DNA of 64,000 bases from Candidatus Micrarchaeota archaeon (GTDB lineage Archaea; Micrarchaeota; Micrarchaeia; Micrarchaeales; Micrarchaeaceae). Both the position numbers and the translations under genes were made by a program. The notes beneath the pieces were generated by a model. It did no database searches, had not been told where the DNA came from, and worked only from the letters and a program-made list of their open reading frames with translations. The stretch is taken from the NCBI GenBank assembly GCA_021811605.1, contig JAJZNR010000024.1, positions 37,751 through 101,750 on the forward strand. Direction: 5' to 3'. The first letter of the stretch is position 1; the number at the start of each line of letters is the position of its first letter. Positions 1 through 8,765 of this stretch are shown one piece after another.

Positions 1-302
1 CGCACGTTGTCCTTACGCACTACAACGGCAACATCGGGATAGTCACGCGCCTGAGCTTCAATCCGCTGAGCAAGGACAGCAACCGCGTGCTCAACAAGAG
101 AGTCGTCCAGTACGCCACTCCGTTGCCGGTCATAGATTACAATGCGCCACTCTCTAAGGCGATAGATAAAATGAGGTTCGAAGAGACCGGGATAATGGCC
201 GTATCCCGCGGCGGAAGGCTGGCCGGGGTGCTGGTCTCCCAGCACGTGGAATCTATAATAGCCCTGCACCTGCCCCGCACCATGAAAGGAAGCCGAAAGT
301 GA
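1..302 (+). CDS. CBS-domain protein, 5' partial (continues upstream of window)
   Basis: The frame is open from position 3 to the stop at 300-302. 'ETGIMAVSRGGRLAGVLVSQHV' fits the C-terminal half of a CBS motif. Confidence 0.55.
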   Translation, partial: HVVLTHYNGNIGIVTRLSFNPLSKDSNRVLNKRVVQYATPLPVIDYNAPLSKAIDKMRFEETGIMAVSRGGRLAGVLVSQHVESIIALHLPRTMKGSRK

Positions 303-306
303 TCAG

Positions 307-621
307 ATGAAAAGAGAGGTAGGGCTGAAGAACTATGACTTTCCCAAAATGCGGGGGATGAATGTGAAAAAGGCACGCCTGCTACAGGTGTTCAGGGTAA
401 AGAAAGGGGGTCTCTCGAAGGCGTTTGTGGAATATAACCACGCCTACTTCCTGAATGGGAAGAAACGATATTACAAGACCGCGAATGTAGCCATGCTCGT
501 CCTGCTGCTCCAGGACCTGAAGACAAAGCACGTTTTCACAACGGTCCGAAAGGACACCCCTGAAAATAGGGCGCGTTTCCTGAAGAACACGGGCAAAATC
601 TTCAGCATAATCAGAGACTAG
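307..621 (+). CDS. hypothetical small basic protein
   Basis: 104-aa ORF starting 5 nt after the CBS gene stop. It is Lys/Arg-rich and has no motif I recognise. It is convergent with the GNAT gene, overlapping it by 4 nt. Confidence 0.35.
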   Translation: MKREVGLKNYDFPKMRGMNVKKARLLQVFRVKKGGLSKAFVEYNHAYFLNGKKRYYKTANVAMLVLLLQDLKTKHVFTTVRKDTPENRARFLKNTGKIFSIIRD

Positions 622-1049
622 AGCTGCTTTTCCATTCGGAGCCTCTGCCTCCAAACGTTCTTTGTTTCGTGGAAGAACTGTGCAGTTACCTTGTATCCTC
701 GATCCAGGAAGAATTTAACCGACGGTTTCTGATCGATGTAAACATTCAAGTGGGAGAACGGCGTCACATCAGGATAAGCCGCCTTCGCGCGCTCCTCGAA
801 GGTCTGCAGGAGTAAGCTTCCCAATCCCGTGTCCCTGAACTCCGGTTTCACATAAAGCAAGCTGCATTTCGAATCTCCTTCTCCTGTGAACCTTCCGATG
901 AGCAGTCCCACTATCTCATCGTCGCCGAGCCTGACCAACCATATCGGTCTGTCATCAGTGCAGAACGCGTCCGCATTCCGATCAAACCACTTATCGAGCT
1001 GTGGATGGTCGTTCAAAAGCGGCTTGCACATCTCCCGGACTCTTGGCAT
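618..1049 (-). CDS. GNAT-family N-acetyltransferase
   Basis: 'LYVKPEFRDTGLGSLLLQTFEERA' matches the acetyl-CoA binding motif A (R/Q-x-x-G-x-G/A). I placed the start at Met29 of the 171-aa ORF (ATG 1047-1049); the longer start at 1133 is possible. Confidence 0.75.
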   Translation of the reverse strand: MPRVREMCKPLLNDHPQLDKWFDRNADAFCTDDRPIWLVRLGDDEIVGLLIGRFTGEGDSKCSLLYVKPEFRDTGLGSLLLQTFEERAKAAYPDVTPFSHLNVYIDQKPSVKFFLDRGYKVTAQFFHETKNVWRQRLRMEKQL

Positions 1050-1199
1050 ATCCTGCCTCCCGGCTTCGACTACCCTGAATTCCGGCCTGTGGCAGGAGCG
1101 CTGTTTGTCGGAGCCGCCTCTTTCTGCAAACATATTACCAGTAATCCTCTGTCCGTCCAGATATTTATTACCTACAGAGCCCTTACCGAGGGCAAAGCC

Positions 1200-1207
1200 T
1201 TATAAAA
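1200..1207 (+). promoter_or_regulatory. TATA-box-like element upstream of smc
   Basis: TTATAAAA lies 36 nt upstream of the smc ATG at 1243, a spacing compatible with an archaeal promoter and a short leader. Confidence 0.35.
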
Positions 1208-1242
1208 GGCGTTTTCCATACTTTTTTGCGACCGGTGTAGTA

Positions 1243-4200
1243 ATGCTCAGCCTCGACGAGCTAACCATACACAATTTCAAGTCTTTCAAGCACGCGACCA
1301 TAAAGTTCAACCAGGGCTTCAACTGCATAGTAGGGCCCAACGGTTCCGGCAAGTCTAACATCTGCGACTCGCTGCTCTTCGCGCTTGGCGAGACCTCACT
1401 GCGAAGGATGAGAGTGACCTCTGCCCTCAGCCTAATCAACAGCTACACCAAGGCGAACAAGGAGGACGGTCTCAAGAGGGCGTACGTGAAGGTGAAGTTC
1501 TCCGGGGACAAGGACGTGGAGATAATCCGCTCGCTCAAGTCCAACAAGAAGATAGGCTATAGGCTTGACGGCAAGAGAGTCACGCGCCAGCAGGTCCTCG
1601 ACGTGCTCAACGCCTATAGCGGCGGGATAAACGAGACCAACACCATGACCCAAGGGGAGATAACCTACCTCCTGAACCTAAACCCCAAGGAGCGTCGCGG
1701 CCTCATCGACACTGCAGCAGGAATCAGCGACTTCAACGACAAACGCGACGCCGCGATGAAGGAGCTCGAGAAGGTAGAGATGAAGATAAGCGAGGCGCGT
1801 ATCCTCCTCAACGAGCGGTCCGGCTTTCTCTCCGACCTGGAGAAGGAGAAGAGGGATGCGGAGCGCTATCAGGAGCTATCCACCAACATAAAGCGGTCAA
1901 AGTTCACGCTGCTGAAACTGAGGGAGAAGGACGTCGCGGGGAAGCTCGAGACCGTGCTCGCAGAATCCAAGGCAAAGACCATCAAACAGCAGGAGCTGGA
2001 GAAGCGCCTGGCCGAACTCGATGGCAGGATATCCTCGATTTCCTCCGAACGGGAGCGCCTGGCGAAGAGCATAAGCGCGCGCTCCCAGGAACTGGGCGCC
2101 ACGAACAAGATACTCGAGGAGGCGAACAAGAACATAGCTGTGGGCAACACGCAGATTGCGTCTATCGATGACTCGCTGAAATCAGCGACAGAACACCTGG
2201 ATTCCATAAACGGCGAGCTCAAGAAGCTGAAGTTAAAGGAGAAGGAGAACAGGGACAAGATAAAGAAAATGGAGTTCGAGCTGAACCTAAAGAGCCAAGA
2301 CATAAAGGAGGCGAAGGAATCCTCAGAAGGCGACGATACGCACGGCATGTCCGCGAAGTTCGAGGAGAACTACAAGAGGATAGAGAGCTACGAATCCGAG
2401 CTGATGACCCTCTCTTCAGACCTGTCCGCCATCTCCGCGGAGCAGGAGGGGCTGCGGCGGCAGGTCGCCGACGCCCACAGGCGCCTCACCGAGCTCGCCC
2501 AGAAGCGGACCGCGATGCTGGAGAAGGTGAAGTCAAACCAGGAAGCTCTCGCAACGCACCAACAGGCGGTGAAGGAGCTCACCGGCGAACTCGACAAGTG
2601 CGTGATCTCCATATCAGAATCGAAACAAAAACTTGACAGGATATTCGAGGATGAGATAAACCAGAAGGAGCTGCTCGCGCAGCTGGGAAGGGAGAGCGAT
2701 ACCGGGCTGGAAGCGGTAAAGAAGGCAGTGGAAGGCGTGCACGGAAGAGCGCACCAGCTCTGCACCTATGACGATAAATACGCGCTCGCGGTCCAGGCCG
2801 CCGCCGGGAGCAGGTTCAACTACATAGTCGCGGATTCCATCGACGCCGCGAACGAGGCGATAGGGCTTCTCAAGAAGAGGCAGCTCGGCCGTGCATCGTT
2901 CATCCCGCTCAAGCAGATAGCGGCGAAGCCCGATACCGAGGCGCCGAAGGGCGCTGAATCGGTCCTCGGTCTGGTAAAGTTCGACAAGAAGTTCAGGAAA
3001 GCGTTCGAATACATATTCTCGAATACGTACCTGGTGGGGAGCCTCAACGAGGCGCAGAAGCTCGGCATAGGCAGGCACCGGTACGTCACTCTCGAAGGGG
3101 AGATAGTCGAGCCCTCCGGCGTCGTGAGCGGCGGGAGCATGAAGCTCTCCGTCAGCGCCGTCGGTGTTGAGGCTAAGATAAAGAAGCTGGGTCAGGAGAA
3201 GAAGGAGATGCTCGAGAGGATAAAGGAGCTCGAATCCACATCGGAGACCCTGCGGAAGAGGCGCTTCAGCCACGAGACCGAGGCGACGAACCACGACATA
3301 GAAGTGAAGCACACCCTCAACGGGGAGGACGAGATAAACCGCGAGATGGAGTCGCTGGCAAAGGAGGTAAAGGCAAACGAATCCAAGCACGCAGACGCGC
3401 ACACCAAGATCGAGAAGCTCAAGGCCCAGAAGCTCGAGGCGGAGAAGGAGCTCGCCAAGATGAAGGAAGAGAACGTCAAGATACGCGAAAGGCTCGACAG
3501 GATTCTCGAGAACACGGCGAGAAGCCCGAAGAACAAGGAGGAGCAGGCCAAGCAGAGGGAGCTCCGCGCCGCGCTGGAACAGCTGCGGGTGGATATTGCA
3601 GCCATGAGCAGGGAGACGGAAATGGTTTCCGCACGGATCGACGAGCTGAACGCGGAACACAAGCGCGAAGCGGAAAATGTCGAGGCGCTCAGGGCGAAGA
3701 GGTCGCAGGTGGAGGCGGACATCGCGAAGCTTGCGGCGCAGAAGGAGGAGCTGCAGGAGACGCTGCAGAGTCACGACAAGAAGACCTCCGGAATAATCAA
3801 GGAGATGCAGGGCCTGGAGGAGCAGTCGTCGAAGTTCGCGTTCGAGAAAGGGCAGCTCGGCTCCGCGCGCGAGAAGCTGACCCGCGAGCTGATGGAGATG
3901 GAGAGCGGGAAGGGGCAGCTCCAGACGAGGCTCAACGACATAAAGGCGGAGCTGCAGTCCTACCAGAATGTGGAGCCCATAGACAACATAACGATAGAGA
4001 AACTCGACACCGCGCTGATAATCGCGACGAACGAGCTCGAGAAGCTCGGCGCCGTGAACCTGAAGGCTCCGGAGATGTACGAATCCAGGCGAAGGGACGT
4101 TGAGGAGGCGCAGCAGAAGGTGAACACGCTAGGAAGCGAGAAGGACTCGGTACTGGCCATGATACAGGAGATAGAGACGAAGAAGATGAACGTGTTCAAC

Positions 4201-4650
4201 GACACCCTCAACGCGGTGAACGAGAACTTCCAGAAGCTCTACGGATACATCTTTGATGGCCACGCATCCCTCTATCTGCAGAACCCGAAGGAGCCGTTCA
4301 CATCAGGCCTGCTCGTCGACGTGGAGTTCGGGAAGAAGAAGCACAACTCGGACCAGCTCTCCGGAGGGCAGAAGTCGCTGCTTATGCTGATGCTGATATT
4401 CGCAATCCAGATGAGAAAGCCGATGGCGTTCTACGTTTTCGACGAGATAGACATAGCCCTGGACAAGGAGAACTCGAAGAAGCTTTCGAAGCTCATCAAG
4501 GAGCTGAGCGCCCGCTCGCAGTTCATAGTGGTCAGCCACAACGATTCGCTGATTTCCGCTGCTGACACCGCGATAGGCGTGGTGAACAAACAGAACGAGT
4601 CGCAGGTGGTAGGGGTGCAGCTGGCGAGCAAGCAGGAAGCGTCAGCCTAG
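1243..4650 (+). CDS. smc: SMC chromosome segregation ATPase
   Basis: N-terminal 'FKSFKHATIKFNQGFNCIVGPNGSGKSN' (Walker A). Long coiled-coil arms and a hinge region ('GRAHQLCTYDDKYALAVQAAAGSRFNYIVADS'). C-terminal 'LSGGQKSL' signature and 'FYVFDEIDIALD' Walker B. The part of the listed ORF upstream of 1243 is antisense to the GNAT gene. Confidence 0.95.
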   Translation: MLSLDELTIHNFKSFKHATIKFNQGFNCIVGPNGSGKSNICDSLLFALGETSLRRMRVTSALSLINSYTKANKEDGLKRAYVKVKFSGDKDVEIIRSLKSNKKIGYRLDGKRVTRQQVLDVLNAYSGGINETNTMTQGEITYLLNLNPKERRGLIDTAAGISDFNDKRDAAMKELEKVEMKISEARILLNERSGFLSDLEKEKRDAERYQELSTNIKRSKFTLLKLREKDVAGKLETVLAESKAKTIKQQELEKRLAELDGRISSISSERERLAKSISARSQELGATNKILEEANKNIAVGNTQIASIDDSLKSATEHLDSINGELKKLKLKEKENRDKIKKMEFELNLKSQDIKEAKESSEGDDTHGMSAKFEENYKRIESYESELMTLSSDLSAISAEQEGLRRQVADAHRRLTELAQKRTAMLEKVKSNQEALATHQQAVKELTGELDKCVISISESKQKLDRIFEDEINQKELLAQLGRESDTGLEAVKKAVEGVHGRAHQLCTYDDKYALAVQAAAGSRFNYIVADSIDAANEAIGLLKKRQLGRASFIPLKQIAAKPDTEAPKGAESVLGLVKFDKKFRKAFEYIFSNTYLVGSLNEAQKLGIGRHRYVTLEGEIVEPSGVVSGGSMKLSVSAVGVEAKIKKLGQEKKEMLERIKELESTSETLRKRRFSHETEATNHDIEVKHTLNGEDEINREMESLAKEVKANESKHADAHTKIEKLKAQKLEAEKELAKMKEENVKIRERLDRILENTARSPKNKEEQAKQRELRAALEQLRVDIAAMSRETEMVSARIDELNAEHKREAENVEALRAKRSQVEADIAKLAAQKEELQETLQSHDKKTSGIIKEMQGLEEQSSKFAFEKGQLGSAREKLTRELMEMESGKGQLQTRLNDIKAELQSYQNVEPIDNITIEKLDTALIIATNELEKLGAVNLKAPEMYESRRRDVEEAQQKVNTLGSEKDSVLAMIQEIETKKMNVFNDTLNAVNENFQKLYGYIFDGHASLYLQNPKEPFTSGLLVDVEFGKKKHNSDQLSGGQKSLLMLMLIFAIQMRKPMAFYVFDEIDIALDKENSKKLSKLIKELSARSQFIVVSHNDSLISAADTAIGVVNKQNESQVVGVQLASKQEASA

Positions 4651-4705
4651 AGCCCGTGAGCGCAAGGAAGGAAACACATTTCTACTGACATGGTGAATAT
4701 ACTTT

Positions 4706-5740
4706 ATGCCGAAAGCCAGAGAACAGGCAACAGCCGCGCCGCCCGCAGGCGCCCACGGGAGCCGTGCAGGTAAGAAGCCGCCAGTGAACACGACGCCTAT
4801 CTACATTGTAGTGGTGCTCCTGTTTGTAGCTTATGTGGTCTTCCAGGGCAATGCCGTCCTCTCTGTGGTGCTGGGCGCCTCCATTTTCTTCATTATAATT
4901 ATACTCCTGGTACTGGAGTTCCTTGGCGGCGTAGGGGAAGGCGGCTTCAAGCGCAACCTTGCAGAGGCCGCCGCCGCAGTGATAATAGTGCTCGTAATCT
5001 GGTTCGGCCTGCAGTTCGCACTCGGTACGGGCACGCCCCTTGATGTGGTGCCTAGCTGCAGCATGCTGCCTGTCCTGCAGAGAGGTGACATGATACTACT
5101 TCAGGGAGCAAACCAGAACACGATAAAGGCGCCTGTTGCGGATGTCAACTCCAGTTTCTGGAACAGTTCCTTCGCCAACGGCGGAGAGGCCCTAGAATGC
5201 ATCGCATACCAGAACGAGGGGCAGGGCCGCACATACATATCGGAGTTCTACAAGCCAGGAGACAGCATCGGTCTCTATTCCGGTGGCAGCCAGGGGACGG
5301 TGCTGCCGAACAACTCTCAGGGAGACGCCGCGGTGCGTTACATATGCGGCGTGGCAAACCAGAGCTACTCGAACGGGACGACGCGCCAGATCGTAGTCAC
5401 GAAGGGCGTTGTAATCGGCAACACGACGATAATCGGAGACCGGAACAACAGCATTCTCGTATATCAGACGATACCGAGCGACCTCTTCTACAAGGAGGGC
5501 GACACCTACATAGTCCACAGGGCGTATGCACTCGTAAATGTGAGCGGGACCTGGTACGTGCTCACCAAGGGCGACAACAACCCGGGGCTTGACATCCAGT
5601 ACAGCAACTACCCGATATCCATGAACTACGTGAGCGGGAAGGTAGCGGCAAGCATTCCGTATCTTGGATACCTGAAGCTAATCCTGAGCAGCAACTTCGC
5701 CGAGCCTGCGGGGTGCAACTCCACGATCAGCCGGTCCTAA
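4706..5740 (+). CDS. archaeal-type signal peptidase I (S26B/Sec11-like) with extended N-terminal TM region and a large insertion
   Basis: Carries the catalytic Ser box 'VPSCSMLPVLQRGDMILL', the His box 'YIVHRAY' and the 'TKGDNNPGLD' box. Several N-terminal hydrophobic segments. About 130 aa lie between the Ser and His boxes. Confidence 0.75.
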   Translation: MPKAREQATAAPPAGAHGSRAGKKPPVNTTPIYIVVVLLFVAYVVFQGNAVLSVVLGASIFFIIIILLVLEFLGGVGEGGFKRNLAEAAAAVIIVLVIWFGLQFALGTGTPLDVVPSCSMLPVLQRGDMILLQGANQNTIKAPVADVNSSFWNSSFANGGEALECIAYQNEGQGRTYISEFYKPGDSIGLYSGGSQGTVLPNNSQGDAAVRYICGVANQSYSNGTTRQIVVTKGVVIGNTTIIGDRNNSILVYQTIPSDLFYKEGDTYIVHRAYALVNVSGTWYVLTKGDNNPGLDIQYSNYPISMNYVSGKVAASIPYLGYLKLILSSNFAEPAGCNSTISRS

Positions 5741-6378
5741 TAGAGTTTCCTTATCTCTTTTTTATACCTCTCTTTTAACCTCACGTACTCCTCCTTTGTG
5801 TCAGTAATGTAGTCCCACATCGTCTCAGCCTTGTCTATGTATTCGAGGACTCCCCCAAACCCCTTCCTCTTATCTATCTTGTACTCCTCCACGTATTTTT
5901 TAACTGTTCTGAGGTTAACCCTGCCGTAGAAAAGCAGGGTTACAACATCTATCACATCCTTTCGTTGCTTATCCCTCTCCTCTCTGAAATATCCGCCCAT
6001 CTTGAGCAATAGGAGAATGCTCTCATCTACGACCTTTATTCCCCTAATCACATTGGTGGTTGCGAGGATTTTCTTCACAGGTATGGTTATGTCCTCATCC
6101 GCGACTCCCTCTATGAAAAGGCCAACGTAGGTTCCATCGATCAGCGAATACTTTATTCCTATTTCACCATAGTCCTGTATTCCGTATTTTTTGAAGTACG
6201 GAAGCTGTTCGGTGTCAATGGCGATATCCACATCCTTGCTTTTCTGCATATTCACATAGAAGTTCACCGCCCATCCGCCTATAAGCACAAAATCCACTTT
6301 TTTAGCCAGGCCGTTCAGCACGTCCAGACTTTTTGATGTCTCATTGTCGTTGTAAAATTCTCTTGGCATTTCGTTCAC
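5737..6378 (-). CDS. nucleotidyltransferase-fold protein (AbiEii-like candidate toxin)
   Basis: 'FVLIGGWAVNFYVNMQKSKDVDIAID' fits the pol-beta/MNT signature G-G-x(n)-D-x-D. It overlaps the upstream wHTH gene by 38 nt. The DNA is low in GC. Confidence 0.5.
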   Translation of the reverse strand: MNEMPREFYNDNETSKSLDVLNGLAKKVDFVLIGGWAVNFYVNMQKSKDVDIAIDTEQLPYFKKYGIQDYGEIGIKYSLIDGTYVGLFIEGVADEDITIPVKKILATTNVIRGIKVVDESILLLLKMGGYFREERDKQRKDVIDVVTLLFYGRVNLRTVKKYVEEYKIDKRKGFGGVLEYIDKAETMWDYITDTKEEYVRLKERYKKEIRKLY

Positions 6379-7000
6379 CTTTTATGCGCGTTTCCAGCCT
6401 CTTCAGGAACTCCGCAGCATACCACTCCTTCAAGTTCCAGAGGTCCACGTAGATCTGTGTCGTTGGGACGGAAGACCTCTCAATCCCCTTTTCTATCATA
6501 TCGTAGAGTACCCTGTCCGGTTCGAGCACAATAAGATTTGCGTAGTTCGATCGCTCTGACAGTTTCTCCTTCGGAAATCTTTTCTTTATCTCATTCAATC
6601 CTATTTCTGTCGCATAAAGATACACCTCCGAATAATCTGAGGCGTCGTTCCCAAACCTCGCAACGTAAGCGGTATATGCGGTAAACGCAATTTCGCTCGG
6701 CATTGCCTTTTCTATGTCTTGCACGCTCTTTCTCACGTATGTAGAATACACGACATCCTTCTTCAGGTTTCTCACACTGGCCCAGTAATAGAGCGCCTTG
6801 TCGAAATTCACCAACTCTATATGGCGCTTGTAAACAGCCACTGCACCCATCTCTACGAGTTTTTTAAGAGAGTAGTTCACCGCGTTCGGTGAAATTCCAA
6901 GCGCTCTTGCTATTCCGTTTTCACTTAGCTCTTCGGGCTCCTTCTTCAGTGCATTCTCCAACGTATATCTGAACACCGCGCCATTGAGCTTCATAATCAT
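6341..7000 (-). CDS. wHTH transcriptional regulator (AbiEi-like candidate antitoxin)
   Basis: N-terminal winged-helix segment 'SENGIARALGISPNAVNYSLKKLVEMGAVAVYK'. A C-terminal domain of about 130 aa ends with 'VPTTQIYVDLWNLKEW', which resembles AbiEi C-terminal domains. It is operonic with the nucleotidyltransferase gene. Confidence 0.5.
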   Translation of the reverse strand: MIMKLNGAVFRYTLENALKKEPEELSENGIARALGISPNAVNYSLKKLVEMGAVAVYKRHIELVNFDKALYYWASVRNLKKDVVYSTYVRKSVQDIEKAMPSEIAFTAYTAYVARFGNDASDYSEVYLYATEIGLNEIKKRFPKEKLSERSNYANLIVLEPDRVLYDMIEKGIERSSVPTTQIYVDLWNLKEWYAAEFLKRLETRIKGERNAKRILQRQ

Positions 7001-7243
7001 CCTTTTTTATTATCCAATTACTTATATATCATTCATATTTATTGGTATGATATAAATATAAAAACTTCTGTTTTGGTATAATCTTTGTACGCATGCCATT
7101 CTCCACCCACTACAAAGGAAACGGATCCGGCAATGTGCTTTCACTACCGCAATTCCCCAACCTATTTAAACTTTGCTGATAGAAAGCTATTCGTAAATCT
7201 CTCGTTAAAGCTACGCTTTTTCTACGAGGCTTACAGCGATTTC

Positions 7244-7540
7244 ATGGCTGATTTATCAACCAGTATACGTCTAGCCGTAGACAGCGGCAAGGTAGTCATG
7301 GGAGTGAACGGCGTGGTCGATTCTATAAAGCGCAACCACGCCAAGCTCGTCATAGTCGCGCAGAAGAACAGGAAGGACATACTCGAGGACGTACAGCACA
7401 TGTGCAAGGTTGCGAACATCAAGGTCGTCGTGTACCAGGGAGACAGCATAAAGCTCGGCGCTGTCTGCGGAAAGCCGTTCTCGGTTTCCACCCTGTCCAT
7501 AATAGAGCAGGGGCATTCGAAGATTCTCGAAGAAAACTGA
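7244..7540 (+). CDS. rpl30e: 50S ribosomal protein L30e
   Basis: 'IRLAVDSGKVVMGVNGVVDSIKRNHAKLVIVAQ ... GKPFSVSTLSII' is the typical L30e/L7Ae-fold pattern. It sits at the head of the S12-S7-EF2 operon. I chose the ATG at 7244 within the longer listed ORF. Confidence 0.9.
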   Translation: MADLSTSIRLAVDSGKVVMGVNGVVDSIKRNHAKLVIVAQKNRKDILEDVQHMCKVANIKVVVYQGDSIKLGAVCGKPFSVSTLSIIEQGHSKILEEN

Positions 7541-7547
7541 TGATATC

Positions 7548-7976
7548 ATGGCAAATGGTGAATTCGCTGCAAGGAAACTGGTGCGCTCGAGAAGGCACCA
7601 GAGGATGCTCAAGAAATGGCTAAAGAGGAGGAAGCTGAAGAACAAGCAGAAGTACGACCCGATGGGAACCGTGCCGATGGCAAAAGGCATAGTCCTCCAG
7701 AAGTTCGCTGTCGAGCAGAAGCAGCCGCACTCCGGCCTGATAAAATGCGTACGCGTCCAGCTTATAAAGAACCACAAGGTGGTCGGCGCGTTCTCTCCTG
7801 GAGACGGTACCATAAACTTCATCGATGAACACGACGAGGTCACCATAGCGGGACTGGGCGGCTCACAGAGGGGTGCCATGGGATGCATTCCACAGATGAA
7901 GTACAAGGTCATCGCCGTCAACGGCACTGACATAGAGCAGATAAGGAGAGGCAAGAGGGAGAAGCCGAAGAGATGA
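7548..7976 (+). CDS. rps12: 30S ribosomal protein S12 (uS12)
   Basis: 'KQPHSGLIKCVRVQLIKNHKVVGAFSPGDG' and 'AGLGGSQRGAMGCIPQMKYKVIAVNG' are the conserved uS12 core. Gene order is conserved. Confidence 0.95.
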   Translation: MANGEFAARKLVRSRRHQRMLKKWLKRRKLKNKQKYDPMGTVPMAKGIVLQKFAVEQKQPHSGLIKCVRVQLIKNHKVVGAFSPGDGTINFIDEHDEVTIAGLGGSQRGAMGCIPQMKYKVIAVNGTDIEQIRRGKREKPKR

Positions 7977-8737
7977 TTATAATGGCGGATGAACAACAGG
8001 TGCAGGTCGAGAGCAAGGAAATAATGGGGGCAGCGCCGGACGCGCAGCCCTCCGAGAAGAAGTCTCCGCGGAAGAGAGCGCCCAGGAAGCAGCCTTCGGG
8101 AGAAGGGCCTGCCTCACCGTCCAGCGCCCCAAGCGGAAAGATACTACTTTTCGGTAAGTACAGCTATGATGTCGAAATACGCGATCCCAGCCTGAAGAAT
8201 TACGTTAACCTGAGACCCCTGGTCTACCCCAACACCTTCCGACACGGCAGCCAGAAGAAGTTCTCCAAGGCGGCAATCAACATCGTGGAGAGGCTAGCCA
8301 ACGACATGATGAGGGGAGGCACTGGAAGCAAGATAGGCGGCCATGTAATCCGGACCAAGGGGAGGCTGCAGGGCAAGAAGATAACAGTCATGAAGATAAT
8401 AGAGAACGCGTTCGACCGCGTCCATTCACAGACAAACCAGAACCCGCTACAGGTGCTGGTCTACGCCCTGGAGAACAGCGCCCCAATAGAGGACACCACC
8501 CGCGTAAGGTACGGGGGGATCATCTCTAACGTCCCTGTTGACATAAGCGCGAGCAGGCGGCTCGACATCGCGATAAGGAACCTTTCGATGGCGACCATAA
8601 CGGCGTCGTTCGGCGGAAAGAAGACCATGACAGACGCCCTGGTCGGAGAGCTCGTCCTTGCCGCAAGGAACGATGTCAACAGTTATGCGATAAAGCGAAA
8701 GAACGAAATCGAAAGGATGGCTAGGAGCGCCAAGTAA
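7973..8737 (+). CDS. rps7: 30S ribosomal protein S7 (uS7) with N-terminal low-complexity extension
   Basis: Core 'LLFGKYSYDVEIRDPSLKNYVNL ... NIVERLANDMM ... NAFDRV ... LENSAPIEDTTRVRYGGI ... RRLDIAIRNL ... KRKNEIERMARSA'. It overlaps S12 by 4 nt. The first 56 or so residues are Pro/Lys/Ser-rich. Confidence 0.9.
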   Translation: MIIMADEQQVQVESKEIMGAAPDAQPSEKKSPRKRAPRKQPSGEGPASPSSAPSGKILLFGKYSYDVEIRDPSLKNYVNLRPLVYPNTFRHGSQKKFSKAAINIVERLANDMMRGGTGSKIGGHVIRTKGRLQGKKITVMKIIENAFDRVHSQTNQNPLQVLVYALENSAPIEDTTRVRYGGIISNVPVDISASRRLDIAIRNLSMATITASFGGKKTMTDALVGELVLAARNDVNSYAIKRKNEIERMARSAK

Positions 8738-8765
8738 CCGGAAACAATCACGACAAGTGCTGAGC

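Noticed and set aside
886-1242. N-terminal extension of the smc ORF (119 codons)
   Set aside because: It overlaps the GNAT gene on the opposite strand. SMC homology begins exactly at Met 1243 ('MLSLDELTIHNFKSF'), and a TATA-like box lies at 1200-1207.
2614-3774. 386-aa ORF on the minus strand inside smc, together with the other antisense ORFs at 1869-2348, 2388-2765 and 3192-3722
   Set aside because: They lie entirely antisense to a well-supported SMC gene. The translations are Leu/Arg/Ser-rich and low-complexity, typical of stop-poor antisense frames in GA-rich coiled-coil coding DNA.
7538-7547. TGATGA at the L30e stop / S12 start junction, considered as a box C or K-turn element
   Set aside because: No partner CUGA with flanking complementary stems was found nearby. 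The sequence is explained by tandem stop codons.
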